A stretch of DNA of 38,216 bases from Candidatus Moranbacteria bacterium UBA4824 (GTDB lineage Bacteria; Patescibacteriota; Minisyncoccia; Moranbacterales; UBA2206): the NCBI GenBank assembly GCA_002400405.1, contig DHFM01000052.1:1-38216 (forward strand). Direction: 5' to 3'. Of this stretch, positions 23,908-32,552 are shown in pieces (position 1 is the stretch's first letter; each line of letters begins with the position of its first letter). The notes beneath the pieces are model-generated. The model did not search any database and was not told where the DNA came from. It worked only from the letters and a program-made list of their open reading frames with translations. The translations under genes were made by a program, and so were the position numbers.

Positions 23908-24450
23908 TTACATTGACTTTCTTTGGAATATTTTTTTTGCCCAACCCTTATTAGGGGTTTCTTTTTTGGCACGCTCTTCAATTTTATTATTTCCTTCGGT
24001 CTTTTTTTCTGGGTCGCTCTGTTTCTCCTCTGCCTCTTTCTGCTCTTTCTTTCTTTCTTTTTCTCTTTTTTTCATTTCCGCTTCCATTTCTTCTTTAGTT
24101 TTTCTATTCTTTCCTTCCACTCTTTCTTCTAGAATAATTTCTATCTTGGAGGTTCTTTTGAGAATTTCACCAGCTCGTCCGAAGGCTTTCGGCATCCAAC
24201 GTTTCATTGTCGGTCCTGCTCCAACTCTGGCATCATATACATACAGATTATTCTTATCCAAACCAAAATTATTTTCTGAATTAGCGATTGCACTTAAGAG
24301 CAACTTTTTCATATGCGGACTAGTTCTTTTCACATGCACATCAAGCTGATCAAGCGCTTCCAAGACATCCAAACCTTTGATCAAATCAGCCACTAATTTT
24401 GACTTTCTTGGAGCGATTCTTAAATTGTTTAATTTTGCATTAACTTTCAT
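23908..24450 (-). CDS. rplV: 50S ribosomal protein L22 with a ~70-aa K/E-rich C-terminal extension
   Basis: The first ~110 aa carry the L22 core (ISPRK-like, RA.GRA..I.KRTSHI.-like). The tail is low-complexity Lys/Glu. Confidence 0.9.
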   Translation of the reverse strand: MKVNAKLNNLRIAPRKSKLVADLIKGLDVLEALDQLDVHVKRTSPHMKKLLLSAIANSENNFGLDKNNLYVYDARVGAGPTMKRWMPKAFGRAGEILKRTSKIEIILEERVEGKNRKTKEEMEAEMKKREKERKKEQKEAEEKQSDPEKKTEGNNKIEERAKKETPNKGWAKKIFQRKSM

Positions 24451-24461
24451 AATTGTTGAAA

Positions 24462-24803
24462 TTATTTCTTGGTATCAGTTGAAGCCTTAGCCGCTTTAGC
24501 CGCATCTAATTCTTTTTGTTTAGCAGCTGTTTCCAATTCTTTTTGCATCTTTCCTCCGTGTCTTACAAATTTCTTAGTTGGAGAAAATTCTCCTAATTTG
24601 TGTCCTACCATTTCTTCAGAAACCAAAACAGGAATATGAATTTTTCCATTATGCACACCAAAAGTAAAACCAATCATTTCCGGAGAAATTACACAGGCGC
24701 GAGACCAAGTCTTGATCGCTGTTCGATCACCCGGTTTCTTATCTTTAATTTTCTTGATAAGCCTCTCGTCAATATAAAGGCCTTTCTTTAAACTTCTTGT
24801 CAT
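24462..24803 (-). CDS. rpsS: 30S ribosomal protein S19 (with a short A/K-rich C-terminal tail)
   Basis: Has SLKKG.Y, the GHKLGEF..T block and position. Confidence 0.95.
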   Translation of the reverse strand: MTRSLKKGLYIDERLIKKIKDKKPGDRTAIKTWSRACVISPEMIGFTFGVHNGKIHIPVLVSEEMVGHKLGEFSPTKKFVRHGGKMQKELETAAKQKELDAAKAAKASTDTKK

Positions 24804-25637
24804 TTATTTTCTCTTAGATCTTCTTTTGATTATGAATTTATTGCTATATTTCTTCTTCTTTCTGGTTTTTTTACCAAGAGCTATCTTACCCCATGGAGTT
24901 TTTGGATGTTTGAGCCCAATTCCTTGTCGGCCTTCACCTCCACCATGTGGATGATCAACTGGATTCATAGCGCTACCTCGCACTCCTGGTCTCACTCCCA
25001 TATGTCTTTTTCTTCCAGCTTTTCCAATGTTAACAGAATTATGTTCAAAATTACTTACTTGACCGATAGTAGCATAGCATTCACTACTTATCAAGCGAAT
25101 TTCTCCAGAGGACATTTTCACTTGAGCAGTTTTTTGATCTATGGCAGTAAGAGTTGCACCTGTTCCGGCACTTCTGGCTATTTGTCCACCACGACCGGAA
25201 AAAAGTTCCAAATTGGAAACAACTGTTCCGATAGGAATATTTTTCACCTTAGCACGATTACCAATTTTTATTGGGGCATCTTCCTGAGAAATTATTTTTT
25301 GATCAATAGCCAAACCTTCCGGTGCTAACACATATCTTTTCTCTCCATCGGCATAAATTACAAGAGCGATAAAAGCACTTCTGACAGGATCTTTTTCAAT
25401 TGAAGCCACTCGCCCCCAAATGCCAAATTTGTCTTGCATGAAATCAACTTTGCGATATCTTTGTTTCGCTCCGCCACCTTGATGACGCACAGAAATTTTT
25501 CCTCCCGATCTTCCAGCTTTTTTGGTCATTTTTGCCAAAAGAGACTTCTCCGGTTTTCGGTCGGTTATCATAGAAGACTTCACAATAGACATGTTTCTTC
25601 TACCAGCTGTATTTCGTTTATAAATTTTAATCGCCAT
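24804..25637 (-). CDS. rplB: 50S ribosomal protein L2
   Basis: 277 aa. Has G.RN..G.I..RH.GGG and MNPVDHPHGGGEG. Confidence 0.97.
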   Translation of the reverse strand: MAIKIYKRNTAGRRNMSIVKSSMITDRKPEKSLLAKMTKKAGRSGGKISVRHQGGGAKQRYRKVDFMQDKFGIWGRVASIEKDPVRSAFIALVIYADGEKRYVLAPEGLAIDQKIISQEDAPIKIGNRAKVKNIPIGTVVSNLELFSGRGGQIARSAGTGATLTAIDQKTAQVKMSSGEIRLISSECYATIGQVSNFEHNSVNIGKAGRKRHMGVRPGVRGSAMNPVDHPHGGGEGRQGIGLKHPKTPWGKIALGKKTRKKKKYSNKFIIKRRSKRK

Positions 25638-25661
25638 ATTGGTTCGAGTTATCTCTCTAAA

Positions 25662-25937
25662 TTATTTTCCTCCAAAAACATCAATACTTTCTCCTTTTTT
25701 TACTTTTACAATTGCTTTTCGGTAGCCTGATTTAGTTCCAAGCACTCTGCCTCTAAGTCTTTTTTTGCTAGGAACATTAATTGTTCTGACAGTTATCACT
25801 TTTACTTTATATAATTCTTCAACTGATTTTTTAATTTGAATCTTAGTTGCTTTTTTAGCCACCTTGAAAATATATTTATTCTGCTCTCCCGCTGTTGTCG
25901 CCGCTTCAGTTATCCATGGTTCAATGAGTATTGTCAT
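25662..25937 (-). CDS. rplW: 50S ribosomal protein L23
   Basis: 91 aa. Has F.V...A.K..IK..VE.L..VKV; position is between rplD and rplB. Confidence 0.9.
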   Translation of the reverse strand: MTILIEPWITEAATTAGEQNKYIFKVAKKATKIQIKKSVEELYKVKVITVRTINVPSKKRLRGRVLGTKSGYRKAIVKVKKGESIDVFGGK

Positions 25938-25946
25938 TTTTTTCTA

Positions 25947-26573
25947 TTACTTATTATACTTTTCTTCTAAATATTTAACGCTGTCTTTTGACATTAATAA
26001 AAATTTATTCTTAAGCATTTCTAAAACATTCAATTGGCTAATCAGGATATTTTCTACTTTTTTGATATTTCGACTGGCAATTCTCAAATCTTTTTCAGCC
26101 GTTGAAAAAGCCATCAAAGTTTTTCCGCTTATTTTCAAGTTTTTCAGCGTCTGCGCCATTACCTTAGTTTTCTTATCTTTCAAATCAAATTTATCCAAAA
26201 TCATAATTTCATTGTCCTTAAGTTTTCCACTCAGCACCATCAGGATTGCCTTGGCATTCATTTTCTTGTTGATTTTTTTAGTAAAATTTCGATCGCTTCT
26301 TGGTCCGAAAGCCACTCCACCTTTTTTCCAAGCGGGATTTCGCACTGATCCTACTCGTGCTCGGCCTGTTCCTTTTTGTTTCCATGGTTTGATTCCCGAA
26401 CCAGCTCGGTCTCCTCGATTTTTTGTATGAGCCAAAACTTGTCTTTGATTTGATTGAATCGCCACCATTGCCTGATGGATAAGAACATCATTTTTCTTCA
26501 CTCCAAAAACAGCTTCGGATAAATCCATTTTCTCCACTTCCTGACCGGCTATATTGTAAACAGAAATTTTCAT
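25947..26573 (-). CDS. rplD: 50S ribosomal protein L4
   Basis: 208 aa. Has the KPWKQKGTGRAR block. Confidence 0.95.
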   Translation of the reverse strand: MKISVYNIAGQEVEKMDLSEAVFGVKKNDVLIHQAMVAIQSNQRQVLAHTKNRGDRAGSGIKPWKQKGTGRARVGSVRNPAWKKGGVAFGPRSDRNFTKKINKKMNAKAILMVLSGKLKDNEIMILDKFDLKDKKTKVMAQTLKNLKISGKTLMAFSTAEKDLRIASRNIKKVENILISQLNVLEMLKNKFLLMSKDSVKYLEEKYNK

Positions 26574-26581
26574 AATTGTTG

Positions 26582-27142
26582 TTATTTAACGCTGGCTATT
26601 TCCACCACTCGTCCCATTACTCCTGGAACTGGGCCTTCAAGTCCTAAAATATTTTTTTCTTTATCTATAAAAACAATCTTAATATTCTTACTTGTGACTC
26701 TTTTGCCTCCCATTCTTCCTGCCATTCTTTTGCCCTTAACCACATGTTCAGGAAATCCAGAGCCAATCGCACCAGGAGCTCGAAGATCATGCTTGTGTCC
26801 GTGAGTCTTAGGCGATCCACCAAAACCATGTCTCTTTACTACGCCTTGAAAACCTTTCGCCTTGCCTAATCCACTTATCTTTACTTTGTCGCCAATTTCA
26901 AAAATCGAAACATCCAGCACAGCGCCTTCTTCTAGTTTTATCTCCTCTACTCGGAATTCTTTTTTGAATTTCTTGTTCTTAGTTTTATCTATTTCCAATT
27001 GAACCGCTTGATACCCATTTTTTTCTTTATTTCTAATCAAACTAACTTTTGAAGCACATTCAACCAGCGTCACATTTTGCGCACCCTCTTCGCCGTAAAG
27101 CGTTGTCATACCTAATTTTTTTCCTAATATAAATTTATTCAT
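26582..27142 (-). CDS. rplC: 50S ribosomal protein L3
   Basis: 186 aa. Has G.K.GMT, KG.GFQG..KRH.F and GR.GG. Confidence 0.93.
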   Translation of the reverse strand: MNKFILGKKLGMTTLYGEEGAQNVTLVECASKVSLIRNKEKNGYQAVQLEIDKTKNKKFKKEFRVEEIKLEEGAVLDVSIFEIGDKVKISGLGKAKGFQGVVKRHGFGGSPKTHGHKHDLRAPGAIGSGFPEHVVKGKRMAGRMGGKRVTSKNIKIVFIDKEKNILGLEGPVPGVMGRVVEIASVK

Positions 27143-27356
27143 CTTTTTTTAAAAATAAAAACTGGTTTATTACCAGCCAAAACTCCTCGGGGAGTTTATA
27201 GAAATTTCTTTCTTGGCTAGTTGAGTATCTCGCCTGCCTAATTTTCCTATCTTATTATATATCCTCAACTGTTTGGGTCAGATAATCATTATTCTTAGTT
27301 GGGGAAAAATATAACAAAGTAAGAAAATTTGGCAGGTACAGACTTTAACTAGAATT

Positions 27357-27468
27357 CCTTACGAATTACGAATTCTTACGAATGTACTAATGTGAGTTAA
27401 AAATAATTTTTGTATTTTATTAAATTATTCGTAATTCGTACATTCGTACTGATTCGTAATTCGTAAGG
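27357..27468. repeat. 110-bp TACGAAT inverted-repeat element, copy A4
   Basis: Identical by eye to A2. It ends 2 nt from the rpsJ stop codon. Confidence 0.85.
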
Positions 27469-27470
27469 GG

Positions 27471-27797
27471 TTACATTTTTATCTCAACATCCACTCCCGC
27501 TGGCAAATCTAGATTTGTGAGACTATCAATCGTTTTAGGAGTTGGGCTGATTATATCAATCAATCTTTTGTGGATTCTCATTTCATACTGATCGCGAGAA
27601 TCTTTGTGAACAAATGTTGATTTATTAACCGTGTACCTTCTTATTTCAGTCGGCAAAGGCACTGGTCCGGCAATACTCGCGCCTGATCTCTGAGCTGTTT
27701 CAACAATAAGCTTAGCTGATTGATCAATAATTTTATGATCATACGCTTTAATCTTAATCCTGATTCTTGGTTTTACTTCTCCTTCTACCTTCAACAT
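27471..27797 (-). CDS. rpsJ: 30S ribosomal protein S10
   Basis: 108 aa. Has IRIK..A.D...ID, GP.PLPT and the HKDSR.Q.E.R.HKR block. Confidence 0.96.
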   Translation of the reverse strand: MLKVEGEVKPRIRIKIKAYDHKIIDQSAKLIVETAQRSGASIAGPVPLPTEIRRYTVNKSTFVHKDSRDQYEMRIHKRLIDIISPTPKTIDSLTNLDLPAGVDVEIKM

Positions 27798-27880
27798 TTA
27801 GTTTTTAATATAATCTATTAATTATGCTTTATAAAGCTCGCCTCATATAAATTTTAGAGACGAGCTCTGAAAGCAAACGA

Positions 27881-29074
27881 TTATTTTATAATTTTTGTTA
27901 CCACTCCGGCGCCAACAGTCTTTCCACCTTCTCGAATAGCAAATCGCATTCCTTCTTCCATAGCTACTGGAGCACCTAATTTAACTCCAAAACTCACTGT
28001 ATCTCCCGGCATAACCATTTCAGTTCCTTCTGGAAGAATCACTTCTCCTGTCACATCAGTTGTTCGAACATAGAATTGAGGTTTGTAGCCTTTGAAAAAT
28101 GGAGTGTGTCTTCCGCCTTCTTCCTTGTTTAGGATATACACTTCACCATCGAATTCAGTGTGTGGAGTAATTGATCCTGGTTTAGCCAAAACTTGACCTC
28201 GTTCCACATCTTCTTTTTTAGTTCCGCGAAGCAATACTCCGGCGTTGTCTCCCGCTTGTCCGCTATCAAGAGATTTGTTAAACATTTCAATTCCCGTAAC
28301 AATAGTTTTTTGTGTTGGTCTGATTCCCACAATTTCCACTTCGGTGTTAACATTGATTGTGCCTCTTTCAATTCTTCCTGTCACCACTGTTCCACGACCT
28401 TCAATTGAGAAAATGTCTTCAATCGGCATAAGAAAATCTTTTTCTGTTTCTCGCACAGGTTGTGGAATTTTTTCATCCAAAGCAGCCATAAGATCAATCA
28501 CTGGCTTAGCCGCTTCTTCTTCAGCTGATTTTGCTTCAAGTGCTTTTAGGGCTGATCCACGGATAACCTTAGCATTGTCTCCATCAAATTCATATTTTGT
28601 AAGCAGTTCACGAACTTCCGCCTCCACTAAATCAACCAATTCAGGGTCGTCCACCATATCAACTTTATTCAAAAATACCACAATTTCTGGAACACCCACT
28701 TGTTTTGCAAGAAGAATGTGTTCTCGAGTTTGTGGCATAGGGCCGTCAGTGGCAGCTACCACCAATATTGCACCGTCCATTTGAGCGGCACCTGTAATCA
28801 TGTTTTTGATATAGTCAGCATGTCCTGGGCAGTCAACATGAGCATAATGTCTTTTTTCTGATTCATATTCACAATGAGCAGTAGCAATGGTGATTCCACG
28901 TTCCTTTTCTTCCGGAGCTTTGTCAATTTCGTCAATTCCTTTTTCCTTAGCTTTTCCAAGGAAAGCCAGCACATGAAGAATAGCCGCTGTCAAAGTGGTT
29001 TTGCCATGGTCAACGTGGCCAATAGTTCCAACGTTAACATGAGGTTTAGTTCTTTCAAATTTTTCTGCTGCCAT
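27881..29074 (-). CDS. tuf: elongation factor Tu
   Basis: 397 aa. Has [18 protein letters not shown] and NKVD. Confidence 0.98.
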   Translation of the reverse strand: MAAEKFERTKPHVNVGTIGHVDHGKTTLTAAILHVLAFLGKAKEKGIDEIDKAPEEKERGITIATAHCEYESEKRHYAHVDCPGHADYIKNMITGAAQMDGAILVVAATDGPMPQTREHILLAKQVGVPEIVVFLNKVDMVDDPELVDLVEAEVRELLTKYEFDGDNAKVIRGSALKALEAKSAEEEAAKPVIDLMAALDEKIPQPVRETEKDFLMPIEDIFSIEGRGTVVTGRIERGTINVNTEVEIVGIRPTQKTIVTGIEMFNKSLDSGQAGDNAGVLLRGTKKEDVERGQVLAKPGSITPHTEFDGEVYILNKEEGGRHTPFFKGYKPQFYVRTTDVTGEVILPEGTEMVMPGDTVSFGVKLGAPVAMEEGMRFAIREGGKTVGAGVVTKIIK

Positions 29075-29180
29075 AGTTTTAATTTTGCCGTGACTTTTGC
29101 GCCCCCCGCTAGAGCGGAAAATTCCGGCTCAAACTCCGGATTCGCAATTAGTCGCGATTTTTTATTAAGTTATATTATTT

Positions 29181-29264
29181 ATCCCCCACCACTTTTTAGC
29201 TTTTTTCTAAATAAATTTACTTTATTTTAGCCCACCTAGCTTAAGTAAAAAAGTGGTGGGGGAT
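29181..29264. repeat. 84-bp element with a perfect 17-bp inverted repeat in the tuf upstream region
   Basis: atcccccaccacttttt (29181-29197) pairs with aaaaagtggtgggggat (29248-29264). Confidence 0.7.
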
Positions 29265-29336
29265 GAACAAAATTTAGTTTAATACACTTTTATTATTTTG
29301 GCAAGTCCCCCGCATAATTATTGTTGTGGATAAGAC

Positions 29337-29615
29337 CTACTGCGTCTTTTCATAGCGTATTTCCTCACTTTTCGTTTCGCTTATTTCGGAAAGATCCATA
29401 TCTTCAATTTTCTCTTCTTCTTGCATCACTTTCCAACTTGCTATATCATTGTTGATTTTATCAACCAATTCTTGTTTTGTCAAGCCTTCTATGCCTTCTT
29501 TCTTTATTTTCTTGAATTCCGCCAGACTTAGAATCACATAATACTGTTCTTGGTCTTTTATCACCGCTTTTCCTCCCAAGAGATCAAGCGCTTCTTTGAG
29601 TTTTTTATCCAACAT
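29337..29615 (-). CDS. small acidic protein, Phd/YefM-antitoxin-like N-terminus (tentative)
   Basis: 92 aa. GKAVIKDQEQYYVILSLAEFKKI resembles the Phd/YefM beta-strand core, and the C-terminus is an acidic tail. No toxin partner is adjacent. Confidence 0.4.
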   Translation of the reverse strand: MLDKKLKEALDLLGGKAVIKDQEQYYVILSLAEFKKIKKEGIEGLTKQELVDKINNDIASWKVMQEEEKIEDMDLSEISETKSEEIRYEKTQ

Positions 29616-29640
29616 AAACTTTGAATTATTTTATATTTTT

Positions 29641-29669
29641 ATGCTAACTTATTTGAAATTGGATGTCAA
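29641..29669 (-). promoter_or_regulatory. candidate promoter for ORF 29337-29615 (TTGACA-17-TAGCAT)
   Basis: On the minus strand, ttgaca (+29664-29669) is followed by a 17-nt spacer and tagcat (+29641-29646), about 25 nt upstream of the ATG. Confidence 0.4.
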
Positions 29670-29768
29670 TGGAAAATTTACATAAGTCTGGCAAAAATAA
29701 ACATTACACAAGCTGTTATGTAACATACTACTTACATTGATACTTACGCCTAAAATAAAATTGTTTTC

Positions 29769-30938
29769 TTATCGATTCCCCTTTGCTCTATTGTGCGTCT
29801 TACACAGCATTTCACAATTTTTTACTGAAGTTGCACCGCCTTTACTCCAAGCAGTTACATGGTCGGCGTCCATTTCATCTAGCTTCCAAATTTTGCTTTT
29901 GTTAGCATCGTGTCCAATAGCGCAATGTGAACAATTTGATTTGCCTTTTTTCTCGGCCTTGGCAGTTTGCACGGCGTAAACTGATTTTTTAGTTGCATCA
30001 TCGAAAATTCGAACCTCAAGTAATTTTGTGTTGATGGATCCACCAAGAATATATTCAAAAATACCTTTTCGATTTTTGATATACGGATCACCGTAAAGTT
30101 TTTTCACTTCTGCCGACACTTTGGCAGGATCATAAACTTTCTTGTGATACTGCTCATATAATCGACCCCACTCAAGGCCTTTCATTTCACTCTCAATATC
30201 AGTAAATACACTAGATACCCAATCAATCACACTATTAAAATAGGTTTTTAATTCAGTAATATTTTTATCATTGCGATGACTGCTCATATAATCACCAACA
30301 TTTCCACGACTGACCCAATTAAGCGCGCATTCTAAAAATTCTTGCCGATTGGCACTACCTGATACATACGTGCTCCATTTTTGAATATTGGCGTTTTGAC
30401 TATTGCTAAATTCTTCTTTACTAAGGGTTACGAACGGACCAGAATAAACCGCATTGAGAAGTTCTTGATTATTAAGTGGCACACCGGCAATGTTAATCGT
30501 CCGAAACCATTCCTTTATTTCACTTTCCGTGCCTTCGCATTCATAAATGAGAAGTTTAGTTTTCAAAATTTTATCTTGTTTATCTTTCGCGATACCGCTA
30601 AAATATTGCTCCATACCATTTTCATCTTTGATGGCAAATTTATCAGTCACAAACCGTCCAAGACTGGTGATTCTCTGTTGTCCGTCCAAAACTTCGAAAT
30701 TATCTTTACTAACTTTATTGAAATAAATCAAACCTATTGGATAACCTTTGAGGATCGATTCAATAACAGCTATTTCTCTTTTTCCACCATCGGAAGCATA
30801 AATATAGTTGCGTTGATATTCCGGTTGAATGGTTAATTTTCCAGACAAACCAAAAAGTCCTTTGCCTTCAAGCTCGTTATAGACAAATCCTTCACAAATA
30901 TCTTTGACAGTAATGTCGGTTTTTAAAATTGTTTTCAT
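29769..30938 (-). CDS. DUF262 (ParB-like/GmrSD N-terminal domain) plus C-terminal HNH nuclease fusion protein
   Basis: 389 aa. Has [21 protein letters not shown] and [19 protein letters not shown] (DUF262 motifs). The C-terminal CSHC...[12 protein letters not shown]...N...[11 protein letters not shown] is HNH. Confidence 0.85.
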   Translation of the reverse strand: MKTILKTDITVKDICEGFVYNELEGKGLFGLSGKLTIQPEYQRNYIYASDGGKREIAVIESILKGYPIGLIYFNKVSKDNFEVLDGQQRITSLGRFVTDKFAIKDENGMEQYFSGIAKDKQDKILKTKLLIYECEGTESEIKEWFRTINIAGVPLNNQELLNAVYSGPFVTLSKEEFSNSQNANIQKWSTYVSGSANRQEFLECALNWVSRGNVGDYMSSHRNDKNITELKTYFNSVIDWVSSVFTDIESEMKGLEWGRLYEQYHKKVYDPAKVSAEVKKLYGDPYIKNRKGIFEYILGGSINTKLLEVRIFDDATKKSVYAVQTAKAEKKGKSNCSHCAIGHDANKSKIWKLDEMDADHVTAWSKGGATSVKNCEMLCKTHNRAKGNR

Positions 30939-30939
30939 A

Positions 30940-31953
30940 TTATTTTTTTGGTTTATTATTTTTAACTTTTTTCTCTAAAATTTTAATGCTTTCCAAATAA
31001 TCTTTTTCTACCAATGAAAAAGTTTTTGCCTGATATTTTTTATATTCATTTTCAGCCTTATCCATAGCCCTCTCATGACTCACACTTCCCGCATCCAGCA
31101 AGAGCTGTTCTCCCGTGGATGTAAGGATGCTATCAAGATGTTTCACCCAATCCAACATTTTCATGGGAATCTCACGCTCTGCCTGACGCTCGGCAAAATC
31201 AAGATACCCCGAAACGATTTGTCCGAGAGCACGCAATTCTTTTTCGTTGAGATAATTCTTGGCAATTTTTGCATCTTTAAGTTGTGGCGTTGAACTAGAA
31301 AATGTTGCAAGCCCCATAAAATCTTTTTTTGCGTCAGCACGATTATAAATAACTTCTGCGGCAGTTTGTCCGTGTACCGCGTAATGAACTTTATTTTGTA
31401 CTTTTTTAAAAAACTCTACTGATGTTTTTGTGTTTGCGTCATAATCAATACTGGTTGCATAGATATCTAAAATTTGGCGATAGAAAACTTTTTCACTGGC
31501 ACGAATGTCGCGAATACGAGTAAGAAGCTCTTTCCAATATCCACCACCTCCTAAATTTTTTAATCGCTCATCATCCATGACAAAACCTTTGATGATATAT
31601 TCTTTGAGCCGTGCTGTTGCCCATTGGCGAAATTTTGTACCTTGTACTGATTTCACACGATAACCGACAGAAATAATAACCTCTAGATTATAAAAATTGG
31701 TCGGTTTGGTAGAAAAATCGGAATTTCCGATTTTTCTCACAGATTTAGCTTCATTTAGCTCTTTTTCGACATAAATATTCAAAATATGCTCGTTAATCGT
31801 AGAACGGCTCTTGTTGAAAAGTTTTGATATTTGATCAATAGTAAGCCATACCGTCTCACCCTCAACACGCACTTCAATATTCGGCGCCCCATCCGCGCCT
31901 TCATAGATAATTATTTCACCGGAATTATGGTTATTTTTTATATTATTTTTCAT
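30940..31953 (-). CDS. RhuM-family protein (virulence protein RhuM-like)
   Basis: 337 aa. Has [72 protein letters not shown] and [21 protein letters not shown]. This matches the remembered RhuM consensus closely. Confidence 0.85.
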   Translation of the reverse strand: MKNNIKNNHNSGEIIIYEGADGAPNIEVRVEGETVWLTIDQISKLFNKSRSTINEHILNIYVEKELNEAKSVRKIGNSDFSTKPTNFYNLEVIISVGYRVKSVQGTKFRQWATARLKEYIIKGFVMDDERLKNLGGGGYWKELLTRIRDIRASEKVFYRQILDIYATSIDYDANTKTSVEFFKKVQNKVHYAVHGQTAAEVIYNRADAKKDFMGLATFSSSTPQLKDAKIAKNYLNEKELRALGQIVSGYLDFAERQAEREIPMKMLDWVKHLDSILTSTGEQLLLDAGSVSHERAMDKAENEYKKYQAKTFSLVEKDYLESIKILEKKVKNNKPKK

Positions 31954-32551
31954 AGTTTATAATATCAGGCAAATCTTCTAATTTTTTGCCATTATATTCG
32001 AAATAACTAGCTCCTCGATATGATCCAGTTAATCTTCCTTTTTGTTCAAATATTTTATTAGTAAGCGGTGATAATTTCCAAACTTGCCCATCGTATTCAA
32101 CCTCTCGTTCTCCGCAAACTTTTGCGATTATACTTTTATCTTGAGTAAACGCAATTTCATCACCATTCCTTAATCCTTTTTTGTAAAAACTAAATAAGCC
32201 ACTTTTCTTTCTAATCTCCGAAACCTTATCAAATTCTTTTTCTTTATTTATGTTTTCTGGATAAATAATTTTTCCATCAAAAGAAAGAAGTAATTGCTTA
32301 ACTAATTCATAATCCAAAGCAAATAATTCGCTATCACCAACTCTATGCTTACTAAAAATTTCTTTCAAAAGATTTTCCTTGTCAGAATAATCATCAAGTT
32401 CAATAGCAAAAAATCTTTTTAATCCTGATACATTGGAATATCCATTTGCTTCTAAAAATCGCATTCTTTCAGAATAATTTTTAGTGCCAGTTTGACCGAT
32501 TTTTATCAATCCAGAAACTGCCGTTGTCATTATGTAGATAATTCCTTTCAT
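31943..32551 (-). CDS. T5orf172/MUG113-type GIY-YIG-like domain protein with an uncharacterised C-terminal domain
   Basis: 202 aa. Has GIIYIM...LIKIGQT...SERMRFL...SELFAL, covering the GIY-YIG-like Tyr, Arg and Glu positions. It starts 1 nt after the methyltransferase stop and overlaps the RhuM start by 11 nt. Confidence 0.7.
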   Translation of the reverse strand: MKGIIYIMTTAVSGLIKIGQTGTKNYSERMRFLEANGYSNVSGLKRFFAIELDDYSDKENLLKEIFSKHRVGDSELFALDYELVKQLLLSFDGKIIYPENINKEKEFDKVSEIRKKSGLFSFYKKGLRNGDEIAFTQDKSIIAKVCGEREVEYDGQVWKLSPLTNKIFEQKGRLTGSYRGASYFEYNGKKLEDLPDIINYEK

Positions 32552-32552
32552 A

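Noticed and set aside
20475-27468. Repeated ~110-bp TACGAAT units considered as a possible CRISPR array
   Set aside because: The copies are 0.7-3.5 kb apart and separated by intact ribosomal-protein genes. Each is itself a long inverted repeat rather than a 25-40-bp direct repeat with unique spacers. No cas genes are present.
28129-28371. Alternative-frame 80-aa ORF on the same strand inside tuf, and 35098-35448 / 36601-36858 inside fusA
   Set aside because: They are embedded out of frame in highly conserved EF-Tu and EF-G coding sequence. There are no independent signals, so they are treated as chance ORFs.
29075-29336. tRNA gene(s) upstream of tuf, as in many bacteria (thrU-tyrU-glyT-thrT-tufB type)
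   Set aside because: Reading both strands shows no acceptor stem/T-arm (GTTCRAnnC) cloverleaf pattern. There are only short GC hairpins and a long-range 17-bp inverted repeat.
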